Source: Spirochaetia bacterium
GTDB lineage: Bacteria; Spirochaetota; Spirochaetia; CADAEX01
NCBI GenBank assembly: GCA_963662795.1
Contig: OY759746.1
Span: 864,001 to 928,000 of the forward strand
DNA: 64,000 nucleotides
Reading direction: 5' to 3'
Part shown: piece by piece, positions 41,208 through 50,953 of the stretch
Position numbering within the stretch: the stretch's first letter is position 1
Layout of the letters: every line of letters begins with the position of its first letter
Translations under genes and position numbers: made by a program
Notes under the pieces: generated by a model
Databases searched by the model: none
What the model saw: the letters and a program-made list of their open reading frames with translations, nothing else
What the model was told of the DNA's origin: nothing

Positions 41208-41990
41208 TTATTTGTCGCAAATATATAATTTAGATTCCGGATAGCCCATATTTTTAGAAATATTCAGTGCTGTGTCAACTACACACTCAGACATCTCTTT
41301 AAGCTTTTCATTTGTCAAAGTATATTTAATAGTTACAATACTTATTGCTGCTATAGGATCTGACAAATGGTTATAAATAGGAGCGGCAACACAATATATG
41401 CCTTCTTCATTTTCTTCATTGTCAATTGAAAAACCTCTTTCTCTGGTTTTTTTCAATTCTTCCTTTAAAACTGTTTTTTTTGTAATAGTTTTTTCTGTAA
41501 CTTTTGGAAGACCCCGTAATTTAATTATTTCATCACTTTTCGTTATTTTATAAGCTGACAACAAAGCCTTTCCCAGTCCAGTACAATGCATTGGAGCCTG
41601 CATACCTACTTCAAATACTGGCTGCAATGTTGCGCCAGTATGAACACTTTTATCCAAATAAACAATCTCACCTTTATTTTCAACAGCCAAAAAACCAATA
41701 GTATTAGTCTGTTGAGTAGCTTTCTCAAGATGAGTATGAGCTATTTTTCTTAAATTTATACTGTCCAAACATTTTGTTCCAATAATAAGTAATTTTATCC
41801 CCAGTGAATATAATTTAGTTCCATTATCTATTGTGTTTAAAATTCCCAAATCAGTCAAAGTCTGAAGTATTTCGAATATTGTTGTTTTTGGAGCATCTAT
41901 AACTTCATTTATTTCTGCAAGAGTTAAAGGTCTTCCTTCTTTTGAAATCAAATCGATTATTCTAAAAGTTCTGCTGATTGATTTATTCAT
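41208..41990 (-). CDS. IclR family transcriptional regulator (island 2), close paralogue of 24683-25456
   Basis: Long stretches identical to the island-1 copy, e.g. YLDKSVHTGATLQPVF and RERGFSIDNEENEEGIYC. Confidence 0.93.
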   Translation of the reverse strand: MNKSISRTFRIIDLISKEGRPLTLAEINEVIDAPKTTIFEILQTLTDLGILNTIDNGTKLYSLGIKLLIIGTKCLDSINLRKIAHTHLEKATQQTNTIGFLAVENKGEIVYLDKSVHTGATLQPVFEVGMQAPMHCTGLGKALLSAYKITKSDEIIKLRGLPKVTEKTITKKTVLKEELKKTRERGFSIDNEENEEGIYCVAAPIYNHLSDPIAAISIVTIKYTLTNEKLKEMSECVVDTALNISKNMGYPESKLYICDK

Positions 41991-42052
41991 TATTTATTCC
42001 CTTATTCTTTAAAGATAAAATAATCTGTATTTATTAGATTATAATTGTTTTA

Positions 42053-43714
42053 TTATGATAAGTCACCACTTAATACAGCCCCTTTCAAAATAGAGCCTAC
42101 ACACTTTTGATATATGCCAAGGTAACCTTTTTTAGGTTTTAATAGAATTTCAGCAGAAGAAATTCTTTTTTTCAGTTCATTGTCAGATAACTCGATATTG
42201 AGTTCACGTTTTTCAATATCAAAATTGATATAATCCCCATTCCTGACTGCACACAATGGACCGCGAAGAGCCGCTTCTGGAGAGGCATATCCAAAACATG
42301 CTCCTGCTGCTGCTCCAGAAAGACGTCCATCTGTTACAGTAACAACATCATCTTTTAAAGAACTTCCCTGTAATGCTGTTGTAAATGAATAAGCAGAACT
42401 TGGGCCTGCTTTAACTCCCTGGAATATTATAAAAACAACATCACCTTTTTCTATTTCACCGGATCTTAGAGCTTTAATAGCATCATCAGGATCATTATAA
42501 ACCTTAGCAAGTCCCCTGTATTTATGTAATTTTTTAGGAACTGCACTCTGTTTAATAAATGCACCCTCAGGGACTAAATTACCTTTACACAGAATAAGAC
42601 CACCGTCTGAATCAAGAGGATCTGCAACAGAATGAATAATACTATAATCTGATACTTTACAACCTCTGATATTATCTTCCATAGTTTTTCCAGTAACGGT
42701 TATCCCGGAATAATCTAGAAATTCGGTAAGTTCATTTAAAAGAGCAGGCGTACCCCCCGCTGTTTCAAAATCCTTCATGCAGTATGGACCATTTGGACGA
42801 ATACCAACAAGAAGAGGAACCTCACAACTAGCTTTTGAATAAATTGGAGCACATTCCATATCAAGTTCTGCTTCAGTAGCAACAGCTGGTACATGAATAA
42901 TTGTGTTTGCTGATCCTCCAATTGCCATGCATACTTTTATTGCATTAGTTATTGATGTTTTAGTTATTATTTTTCTGGGAGTAATATCATTCGCCCACAG
43001 TTCCATTACTTTTTTCCCTGCTTCCTTACTCAGTTTAATTAAATCACCTGAGCGGGCTGCTGTTGTACTGTTTCCGGGTAGACTCATTCCGATTGTTTCT
43101 GAGAGTATTGCCATTGTATTTGCAGTTCCCATCATTCCACATGCTCCCGCACCAGGACAAGCTACATTTAGGATTTCATCAAAATCTTCATTACTCATCT
43201 CACCGTTTTTTACCTTGGAAATGCTCGAACCAATATCAATAAAATCAATATACTTTCCATTTAATACAGCAGTTTTCATATACCCACCAGTTAAAATTAC
43301 TGATGGAATATCAATACGACCTGCAGCCATTAAAAGTCCTGGGATAATTTTATCACAAGTCCCAATCATAACAAGAGCATCCAAATCATGAGCACAAGCA
43401 ATGAGTTCAACTTCATTTACAAGAAGATCTCGGCTTGGGAGGACATATTTTCCTCCTCCTACACAGTCACAGAGATTTACACCATAAAATAAAAAAGGTA
43501 GTCCTCCTGATTCTACAATACCACACCTTGCCGCTTCAGCAAGTTCTTTTTGATGTATATGTCCTGGATTCATTTCATTCCATGTATTAATTATCCCTAT
43601 CCGTGGTTTTTTCATATCTTCATCACTATATCCAAGTCCTCTCATAAATGACCGTGTCCCCTGCCAGTCAAGAGTCATTTTATCTTCGATATCACTTTTA
43701 ATTTTTTTATACAT
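42053..43714 (-). CDS. IlvD/Edd family dehydratase (dihydroxy-acid or sugar-acid dehydratase)
   Basis: KPRIGI..W.EMNPGH, LPSRD, CDKIIPG, GACGMMGTANTM, GGSAN, KGNL.PEGA.IKQS, TDGRLSG. Confidence 0.9.
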   Translation of the reverse strand: MYKKIKSDIEDKMTLDWQGTRSFMRGLGYSDEDMKKPRIGIINTWNEMNPGHIHQKELAEAARCGIVESGGLPFLFYGVNLCDCVGGGKYVLPSRDLLVNEVELIACAHDLDALVMIGTCDKIIPGLLMAAGRIDIPSVILTGGYMKTAVLNGKYIDFIDIGSSISKVKNGEMSNEDFDEILNVACPGAGACGMMGTANTMAILSETIGMSLPGNSTTAARSGDLIKLSKEAGKKVMELWANDITPRKIITKTSITNAIKVCMAIGGSANTIIHVPAVATEAELDMECAPIYSKASCEVPLLVGIRPNGPYCMKDFETAGGTPALLNELTEFLDYSGITVTGKTMEDNIRGCKVSDYSIIHSVADPLDSDGGLILCKGNLVPEGAFIKQSAVPKKLHKYRGLAKVYNDPDDAIKALRSGEIEKGDVVFIIFQGVKAGPSSAYSFTTALQGSSLKDDVVTVTDGRLSGAAAGACFGYASPEAALRGPLCAVRNGDYINFDIEKRELNIELSDNELKKRISSAEILLKPKKGYLGIYQKCVGSILKGAVLSGDLS

Positions 43715-43827
43715 TCAATCCCTCCGATAATTTAGAAATCAAGGATATTTTCAAAAACATATTCTTCCCTTTTTTCATAGTATTAGAATATGATATTTTC
43801 CTGGGGGAAAATATCAACTTTGCAAAT

Positions 43828-45789
43828 TCAGTTAATGCTCCTATTTTTCTGCAATACTCTATTATTAGCCATATATTCACTAATTAAAATTAATGCAAAA
43901 ACAACGATACCGATAATATCTGTTTTCCATTCCGGAATAATTGTAAAAATCGCCATAATAAACAATAATGAAGATTTTAGCAAAGATAGTGGTTTAAATA
44001 TATATCTTTCAAATGAAAAAACCATCATATAGGTAGCCAATATTGTAGTTATAAAAGTTTCCAGAAAAATAATTAAATTAAAATTAATAAAAATTAGAGA
44101 TGGTTCATAAATAAAAACAAAAGGTATTATGAATGAAGGCAATGCCATTTTCATTGCCAACCAACCAACAGCTCCTGGATTCGCTCCTGCAAGTGCCGCC
44201 GCGGCATAAGATGGAACAGCAACGGGAGGCGTTATACATGCAAGTATTCCAAAATAAAAACAGAAAAAATGAGCTGCTATTATAGGAACTCCCATTTTCA
44301 CCATGACAGGAGCTGCAACTGTTGCCAGAACCATATATACAGCAACTGTAGGCATTCCCATTCCCATTATAATTGACATAATCATTACAAGAATTAATGA
44401 AAGTAAAAGAGACCCTTTGCTTAGCATTAAAATATAATTACCCAGAATTACACCAACACCTGTTAAAGTAGTAACTCCAATTATTATACCGACACAGGCA
44501 CATGCAACACCGAAGGACACAACTTTTTTCCCAGATTCAGTTAACGCATTGATAATATCCACAAAAGACATTCTGGTTAGTTTTCTGCTTTGAGCCATAA
44601 TAATGCTTAGTACGATACCCCAGAGAGCTGCATAGGATATTGTATACTGCATGATTATCAGATAGAAAGTTACAATAAAAGGAATCAACAGGTGTCCTCT
44701 TTCAAAAAAAGCTTTTTTGGCATTTGGAAGTTCATTTTTAGGAATACCATTTAAGCCGAGTCTTTTTGCTCTGTAATGAACAGTGAGAAGTGTACTAAAA
44801 TAAAATAAAAATCCTGGAACAATTGCAGTCAGCATTATCCGCCCGTAAGGAACACCAATATATTCAGACATTATAAAACATGCTGCTCCGAGTACCGGAG
44901 GTATAAGCTGTCCTCCTGTAGAAGCACAGGCCTCTGTAGCTGCAGAAAATTCAGGTGAATATCCTACACGTTTCATCAGAGGTATCGTAAAAGCACCAGT
45001 TGTGACAACATTGCTTGCAGCTTGTCCGCTTATAGTCCCGAAACATGCGCTGGCAAAAACAGCCACCTTGGCAGGTCCTCCGCTTGTATGTCCGGTTAGT
45101 GCAAGTGCGATATCCTGAATAAAAACTCCTAATCCGCTTTTACTTAAAATTGTACTAAAAATTACAAAAAGAGATATAAAAGTAGCAGCCGCCCCAAGTG
45201 GTATTGAAAATATTCCTTCAGGTATCATAAAAAGATGATTAGTAAGCCTAAAAATACTTCCGGCTTTTATTCTGAATATACCAGGTATATAATTACCAAA
45301 ATATGCATAAACCAAAAAAACGATAGTCACTCCAGCCAGAGCTTTACTCACTAATCTCCTTGTTGCTTCCAATATTAAAACAATTAAAATTACATTTGCA
45401 AGCTGATCCTGGAATTCAGATATTCCCATTTTCAGTAAAATTGATTTATAAGCAAAAAACACATATGAGCCGATAACTAAACTCAATAATGCAAATACAT
45501 AATCATACCAGGGTACCGGTTTAGCAACATTTTTATGATTCATTGGATATAGAACAAATGCCAATACCATAACAGCAAGCAGAAAAAGAGATCTTTGTTG
45601 CAGTGCTGGAAGTTGTCCGAAAAATCCTGTAAAGAGAAGAAATATTGAAAGAGAAAATGAAATAACATTAATAATTTTCTTAAGTATATTATTACTAATC
45701 CTTGTATTTTCTTCTTTTGAGTATTTTTTTAATATTTTTTCATCTTCCTTTAAAATATTTGTATTTTTTTTATAAGAAATATCTGTCAT
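43828..45789 (-). CDS. TAXI-TRAP fused 4TM/12TM permease (island 2)
   Basis: GGPAKVAVFAS..GTISG, NVVTTG.FTIP, EACASTGGQLIPP, GMGMPT, ITPPVA. Confidence 0.92.
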   Translation of the reverse strand: MTDISYKKNTNILKEDEKILKKYSKEENTRISNNILKKIINVISFSLSIFLLFTGFFGQLPALQQRSLFLLAVMVLAFVLYPMNHKNVAKPVPWYDYVFALLSLVIGSYVFFAYKSILLKMGISEFQDQLANVILIVLILEATRRLVSKALAGVTIVFLVYAYFGNYIPGIFRIKAGSIFRLTNHLFMIPEGIFSIPLGAAATFISLFVIFSTILSKSGLGVFIQDIALALTGHTSGGPAKVAVFASACFGTISGQAASNVVTTGAFTIPLMKRVGYSPEFSAATEACASTGGQLIPPVLGAACFIMSEYIGVPYGRIMLTAIVPGFLFYFSTLLTVHYRAKRLGLNGIPKNELPNAKKAFFERGHLLIPFIVTFYLIIMQYTISYAALWGIVLSIIMAQSRKLTRMSFVDIINALTESGKKVVSFGVACACVGIIIGVTTLTGVGVILGNYILMLSKGSLLLSLILVMIMSIIMGMGMPTVAVYMVLATVAAPVMVKMGVPIIAAHFFCFYFGILACITPPVAVPSYAAAALAGANPGAVGWLAMKMALPSFIIPFVFIYEPSLIFINFNLIIFLETFITTILATYMMVFSFERYIFKPLSLLKSSLLFIMAIFTIIPEWKTDIIGIVVFALILISEYMANNRVLQKNRSIN

Positions 45790-45822
45790 TTTTTCCCCTC
45801 AGCGGTATTTCTGTTTCCTGAT

Positions 45823-45861
45823 AATTATGCAAAGAAAGATATAATCTTTCTTTGCATAATT
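45823..45861 (-). promoter_or_regulatory. Perfect 18-bp stem-loop between SBP and permease genes
   Basis: AATTATGCAAAGAAAGAT-ATA-ATCTTTCTTTGCATAATT directly after the SBP stop. Confidence 0.7.
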
Positions 45862-45863
45862 TT

Positions 45864-46844
45864 TTATTTTAATAGTCCAACTTCTTTATAATATCTGATT
45901 GCTCCTTCATGAAGAGGCACAGTAAGCCCATTAAGAGCATCATTAATTTTCAGATCTTTTATAGCAGCATGATATGACTTTAAATCATCCAGATCTTCCC
46001 AGATTGTTTTTGTTATATTATAAATAAGTTCTTCATCAACATCTTCTCTTGTAAGAAAAGTTGTTGCATTAGCAACTGTTATAATATCTTCTTTCTGATT
46101 TTTATATGTTCCAGCAGGAATAGTAGCAGGGAAATATACTGATGTTTTTCCTTCAGTCAATTTTCTTATTGTATCAGAAGGCATAGGTATTATCTTGGCT
46201 TTATTTATTGATGTCACCTCAACAAATGCAGAAAACGGAAGAGGTGTTAATGCAAGAGCACCATCTGCATGTGCATCTTTTATCTGTTCTACACCTTCGT
46301 TAGTTCCAACATATTCAGGTTTAAAATCATCAAATGTCATACCAAATGCACCATATATTCGTTCAGCATTGGCAACATCTCCACTGCCAGGGCCTCCAAC
46401 AACAAGTTTCTTTCCCCTAAGATCATCAAATGAGTCTATGTCAGCTCCAGTTCTTACAAGCTGCTGAAAATAAGCTGCATACATAAATGTAATTGCCCGG
46501 GCTTCATTATAAGGCGTATCCTTAAAACTTCCCTGTCCATTAGCTGCATCCAGAGCTACACCTGCAGAAACAACAGCAACATCTATTTCTTTATTTTTCA
46601 TAAAAAGAATATTTTGCCCGCTTCCTGTTGTTGGTAATACTGAAAAATTACCAAGTTCATGCTTATTAAAAAACTGCATAAACACATTTGACATTGCATA
46701 ATATACACCGCCTGAAGATCCGCCACCAATTGAATAAATTCTGTCATCACCTTTTGCGGCAGAATCTTCTTTTTCCCCTCCAGCAAACAACATCACACTT
46801 GCAAATAAAGTGATAATCAGGATTAAACACAATGCTTTTTTCAT
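45864..46844 (-). CDS. TAXI family TRAP solute-binding protein (island 2)
   Basis: GGGSSGGVYY, TTGSGQN, GGPGSG, PLHEGAIRYYKEVG. Confidence 0.92.
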   Translation of the reverse strand: MKKALCLILIITLFASVMLFAGGEKEDSAAKGDDRIYSIGGGSSGGVYYAMSNVFMQFFNKHELGNFSVLPTTGSGQNILFMKNKEIDVAVVSAGVALDAANGQGSFKDTPYNEARAITFMYAAYFQQLVRTGADIDSFDDLRGKKLVVGGPGSGDVANAERIYGAFGMTFDDFKPEYVGTNEGVEQIKDAHADGALALTPLPFSAFVEVTSINKAKIIPMPSDTIRKLTEGKTSVYFPATIPAGTYKNQKEDIITVANATTFLTREDVDEELIYNITKTIWEDLDDLKSYHAAIKDLKINDALNGLTVPLHEGAIRYYKEVGLLK

Positions 46845-46897
46845 TTTTTCCTCCTAATGAAAAACGTAATATTTTTAATATTTTTAAAAAATATTAT

Positions 46898-47974
46898 TTA
46901 AGAAATAATTTCATATATTTCTGAAATACTTTTCCCAGCAAGGCCCAGTTTTTCGACGGTTCTTCCTTCTTTATATAAATCCCGGCCTGTAGCAATACTT
47001 CCAATTTTTATAAAAGAATTTATTATCGGAGTGTCAATATTTAAAGTAATGGCAAAAGAAGACAAGGGGACAAGCCCATTTAAAATATCTTCAATGATGA
47101 ATCTATGATTATAATTATCAGGAGAGTTTACTCCTACGTAAGCTTTGTTATTCTGCAGCAGTTCGTATAAATTATCACCTTCAAGGTTATACACAGCTTT
47201 TAATGTATTAATTAATGAATCAAGTGATAAACCTAAAGCATCTGCAACTTTAAGTCTTTCATTATCTGCTTTCTCAATAAGTTTAGATATATTTTTTGTA
47301 ATACCTTCCATATAATAATCAAAAGACTGTCCTGAATCAATTTTATTCATATTCATTAAAGTCGGTATTGGATGAAGCATTGCTCCGGCACTGTTAAAAC
47401 TTGTTATTAATACATTTTCGACTGCTATAAATTTTGGAATTGCGGGGTCAATTATTTCAATCAGTTTTGCAGCATCAGTTGCAGGTATAGTTGCAACTTT
47501 TGTTTTGTTTTTTATTCCGGAATGATAAACAAAACCAGGTTCTGATGTTCTGCATGCATATAAAAGATCAGCAGCTTCACCTATGATTATGTTTTCCTTA
47601 CTGCCTCTAGATTTAACTATTTTACTAAATTCAAGAGCTCCACCAATATGACCTGGGTTTAGTAAAATAACTTGACCGTTTTTAAGATTGGGAATAATTT
47701 TTGCAGCAATTTCAGAATGAACATCAGTAGTTGTCATTACCATTACAACGTCTGCATCTTTAACTACTGCGTCAAAATCATCAGTAACAATCTCGGGGAA
47801 TCCTTCAGCCTCAATTGCGCCTGTTATCTTTATCACTCCAAGTTTATTTAAAACATCAACTTTATTTTTATCTTTTTCATGCAGCCTTACATTGTATCCA
47901 TCTTGAGACAGTATTGCAGCCATAGACTGCCCTCCGGCTCCGGCTCCTATGACAGCAAATTTCAAATCTTTCAT
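46898..47974 (-). CDS. NAD(P)-dependent opine dehydrogenase (island 2)
   Basis: VIGAGAGGQ, LNPGHIGGALE, DLLYACR, GAMLHPIP, FDYYMEGIT, HRFIIED..GLVP. Paralogue of 34771-35853. Confidence 0.9.
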   Translation of the reverse strand: MKDLKFAVIGAGAGGQSMAAILSQDGYNVRLHEKDKNKVDVLNKLGVIKITGAIEAEGFPEIVTDDFDAVVKDADVVMVMTTTDVHSEIAAKIIPNLKNGQVILLNPGHIGGALEFSKIVKSRGSKENIIIGEAADLLYACRTSEPGFVYHSGIKNKTKVATIPATDAAKLIEIIDPAIPKFIAVENVLITSFNSAGAMLHPIPTLMNMNKIDSGQSFDYYMEGITKNISKLIEKADNERLKVADALGLSLDSLINTLKAVYNLEGDNLYELLQNNKAYVGVNSPDNYNHRFIIEDILNGLVPLSSFAITLNIDTPIINSFIKIGSIATGRDLYKEGRTVEKLGLAGKSISEIYEIIS

Positions 47975-48038
47975 AATTAACCTCCAGTAGCTTCTTTAGA
48001 TATTCTGTTACAATATAGTTTATCATTCTTCAAAAAGC

Positions 48039-48146
48039 ATTATAACACAGTATCATATTTTTACAATCTTTTTTTCGAACATTGTTCGTTTATTAATGAA
48101 TAGCGTTCGGTTATTTGTTGACAATATAGCTTTCTTTAAATAGAAT
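48039..48146. promoter_or_regulatory. Divergent sigma70 promoters with a paired operator between odh and the kinase
   Basis: Plus strand TTGACA (48118)-N17-TAGAAT (48141). Minus strand TGnTATAAT at 48044-39. Operators CGAACATTGTTCG (48076-88) and TGAATAGCGTTCG (48097-48109). Confidence 0.72.
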
Positions 48147-48169
48147 GTTTTCAAAGGGAGGAGAATAAA

Positions 48170-49483
48170 TTGAATATTCTTTCAATGGATTTTGGCACAT
48201 CTTCTCTGAAACTTGCTGTTTTGGATGATTACTCTAATATAATTGAGTCTGTAAAAGAAAATTATGATCTGTATATTCCAACCGCGAACCAAATTGAAAT
48301 AAAAGCAGAAGATATAATTAATGCCATGCTGTCGGCATTAAAAAAACTAACTACTGATTTAAAATCTATTGACGGACTATGTTACGATACATTTTCGCCT
48401 TCAGTTGTTTTTATGGATGAAGATGGAATTCCCTATTATCCTATCATAACCCATTTAGACAGAAGAAGTATAAATGAAAGTAATTTTATTTGTAAACATT
48501 TTGGAACTAATTCATTTCATAATCTGACAGGGACTCTGCCATTTCCTGGAGGAACTTCTATAACTTCAATATTCTGGGTTAATAATAACTTAAAAAATAT
48601 TTTTAATTCTGCATATAAAATAGGACATCTAAATACATTTATTCATAAATATTTAACGGGCCTTTGGGGAATTGACACTGTTAATGCTTCAATGACAGGA
48701 ATATACAATACAATAAAAAACGACAACTGGTCAGATGAACTTCTCAAAATGATTGATCTATCCGAAGACAAGCTTCCGGATATCAAAAAACCAGGGGAAT
48801 CTTTCGGAAATTTAAACAATCAGGAAATTATTTCACTTGGCATAAAGAAAGGAATACCGGTATGCATGGGTACAAATGACATTGCGGCTGCCCAAATCGG
48901 TGCTGACAATAACTCTGCAGGAGATATACTACAAGTAAGCGGTAGCAGTGATATGATTTCAATTTTAACAGACAAACCTGTTACTAATCAGTCGTATTAC
49001 CTAAGGTGTTCTGCAAATGAAAACCTCTGGCAGATTTTTGCTATTACCTCATCGGGATTTGCGCTCGAATGGATAAGAAAAGAACTTTTTCGTGAAATTG
49101 ACATTGATTTCTTTTATTCTGAAAACATTATGAATGCATTAAAAACAGGTCCTAATAACGTTATTTATCATCCCTATATTTCAGGAGACAGACAAAGTCT
49201 GGAAGTTAAAAAAGGTATATTTGAAGGAATAGAATTAAATACAACAAGAGAAAACATGCTTGCCGCACTAATTATTGGATTTCATGTGCCTATTATAACA
49301 ACTTTAAAAACAGCTGAAAATTTCATTAAACTGAATAAAAATTTAAAATGTACTGGCGGTTTGACTAAAAATGAAAATATTATTAATTACAAAAAAAATG
49401 TATTTAATAATTATGATATTCAGGTAGTCGACGAATGCCCATTAATAGGTAATGCAAAACTCTGGATATTAAATAATACCTGA
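48170..49483 (+). CDS. FGGY family carbohydrate kinase (gluconokinase/xylulokinase-like)
   Basis: SMDFGTSSLK, P.ITHLDRRS, NASMTG.Y, GTND, SGSS, PYISGDR, TGG. TTG start after GGAGG. Confidence 0.88.
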   Translation: MNILSMDFGTSSLKLAVLDDYSNIIESVKENYDLYIPTANQIEIKAEDIINAMLSALKKLTTDLKSIDGLCYDTFSPSVVFMDEDGIPYYPIITHLDRRSINESNFICKHFGTNSFHNLTGTLPFPGGTSITSIFWVNNNLKNIFNSAYKIGHLNTFIHKYLTGLWGIDTVNASMTGIYNTIKNDNWSDELLKMIDLSEDKLPDIKKPGESFGNLNNQEIISLGIKKGIPVCMGTNDIAAAQIGADNNSAGDILQVSGSSDMISILTDKPVTNQSYYLRCSANENLWQIFAITSSGFALEWIRKELFREIDIDFFYSENIMNALKTGPNNVIYHPYISGDRQSLEVKKGIFEGIELNTTRENMLAALIIGFHVPIITTLKTAENFIKLNKNLKCTGGLTKNENIINYKKNVFNNYDIQVVDECPLIGNAKLWILNNT

Positions 49484-49701
49484 AGCCGGATAAAACACCG
49501 GGCACAGCCTGAATCGCTTCTAAATTACAGTTTTCACAAAACAAGAAGGAGAAATTGCTACAACAACCGACAGGAATCTGCAACTACCTTGCTGGTTTTT
49601 GGAAAACATGTGATTTTCACACTTCAAAGATATGTTGTCCCACAATGTTTGTTGAGCTGTTGATATTCAAAACCTATAGATCACAAAAGATTTCATACAA
49701 T

Positions 49702-49820
49702 CTGGAAAACCCAATAGTCACGGAGCATTATTCCATATTTTAATCCACCATTTCCTTGAGTGGTAAACATTTTTTATCCTACGTGTATATAATCGTTAAT
49801 ATTTTTTCGAAATACATTTT
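49702..49820 (+). pseudogene. Possible highly decayed IS3-type integrase fragment
   Basis: Fragments GKPN.. and YVYIIVNIFSKYI resemble PNQVW..YLYVIIDIFSRYI. Short and frameshifted. Confidence 0.35.
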
Positions 49821-49894
49821 GTTCTTAGAGAAACCTCTGCTTTAACAGAAATGGAGATGTTTCTTGCATAATGTAGATACCCAGGACAAACAGG

Positions 49895-50445
49895 AATTCC
49901 TCATTAATTGCAATCATTCCTATATGAATCAGAACAGTGTTTACGACAAACCTCCCCGAGAGCAAACGTTTAATATCCATATCTGGATTTAAGCTCATAA
50001 TTAAATTGCTCACTTGTTCCATGAGCATGATAAAGCGCTACTACAGCTTCCGGTGTTTTCAAATAAACTGGTGCAAAAAGTTCCTATTTCAAACTCAGGA
50101 AAAAACAACTTGTTATCATCCTTATCTACACTTGTTAGTTACTTTAAACACGATATACATTGTTGAAAGTGTTTAATTCGAAATTGAGTACAACCGGTGT
50201 GAATACTGGTAAACATCGTCTTTCTACTGATATTCCAAATTATTTCTCTTTCTACTTTTGCCGCATCAAGCCAATTTTCGTCGGATTTTTTACGAATATT
50301 GCACTTGGCAAAAAATATTTTGCCTGAGACAAGTATCATGACAGCTTTAGCCATCATAGTTTTACAGTGTTATAATTTCATCATTTGGTCTATCCAGGAT
50401 GATTTTTCACAACAACTTAATCGGTATTTCGCATCATGGCTGTCC
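49895..50445 (-). pseudogene. IS1380-family transposase remnant
   Basis: Frameshifted minus-strand pieces FFAKCNIRKKSDENWLDAAK, CTSL..PEAVVALYHAHGTSEQFNYELK and DMDIKRLLSGRFVVNTVLIHIGMIA resemble the IS1380 LYH.HGTSEQFHSELK.D.DLERLPSGKF..N signature. Confidence 0.75.
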
Positions 50446-50542
50446 AAAATAAATAATGGAAGCTACTATTAATAGACTGAAACCTTTGCTATAATAAATT
50501 AAACAACCACGCTAATTTGTTACAAACAAAGGAGATCAGACT

Positions 50543-50800
50543 GTGGGCTTCAAGGATAGCATATTCAGACAAATACTTCAAATCCTTCCGGAATATGATT
50601 TTGAAAAAACTGTTGATAAAAAAAGAAGTCATAAACTCAAGTTTAAAATTCCTCTGTACAGTGTTGGTGCAACAAGCCTTGATCTGCGTCTTACCATGTA
50701 TGACTGGGCACACTTCAGAAAGAAAAAGGGAGAAATAAAACTTCATGTAAAACTTGATCACAGCGGCTATATTTCATCTTTTATAATGCAAACTTCTTGA
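50543..50800 (+). pseudogene. Internally deleted IS4-family transposase remnant
   Basis: DUF4372-like start SIFRQILQILPEYDFEKTV fused directly to FKIPLYSVGATSLDL.LTMYDWAHFRKKKGEIKLHVKLDHSGY. The first catalytic Asp appears lost. Confidence 0.8.
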
Positions 50801-50953
50801 TGATAAGCCGCTTGACCGTAGAATAAAATATAATCCAGTATTACGTTGGAGTTGTTATGGTTTATTTTGAACAGCTATGATTTTGCATATTTTTCAATCC
50901 AATCATTCTCCCGGAATATTAATATGGCTTATCTTTGCAAGAGCTTCTCTATT

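Noticed and set aside
48076-48088. LexA (Cheo) box interpretation of the CGAAC..GTTCG palindromes
   Set aside because: The Gram-positive SOS box has a 4-nt spacer (GAAC-N4-GTTC). These have 3 nt and I saw them only at the islands' catabolic promoters.
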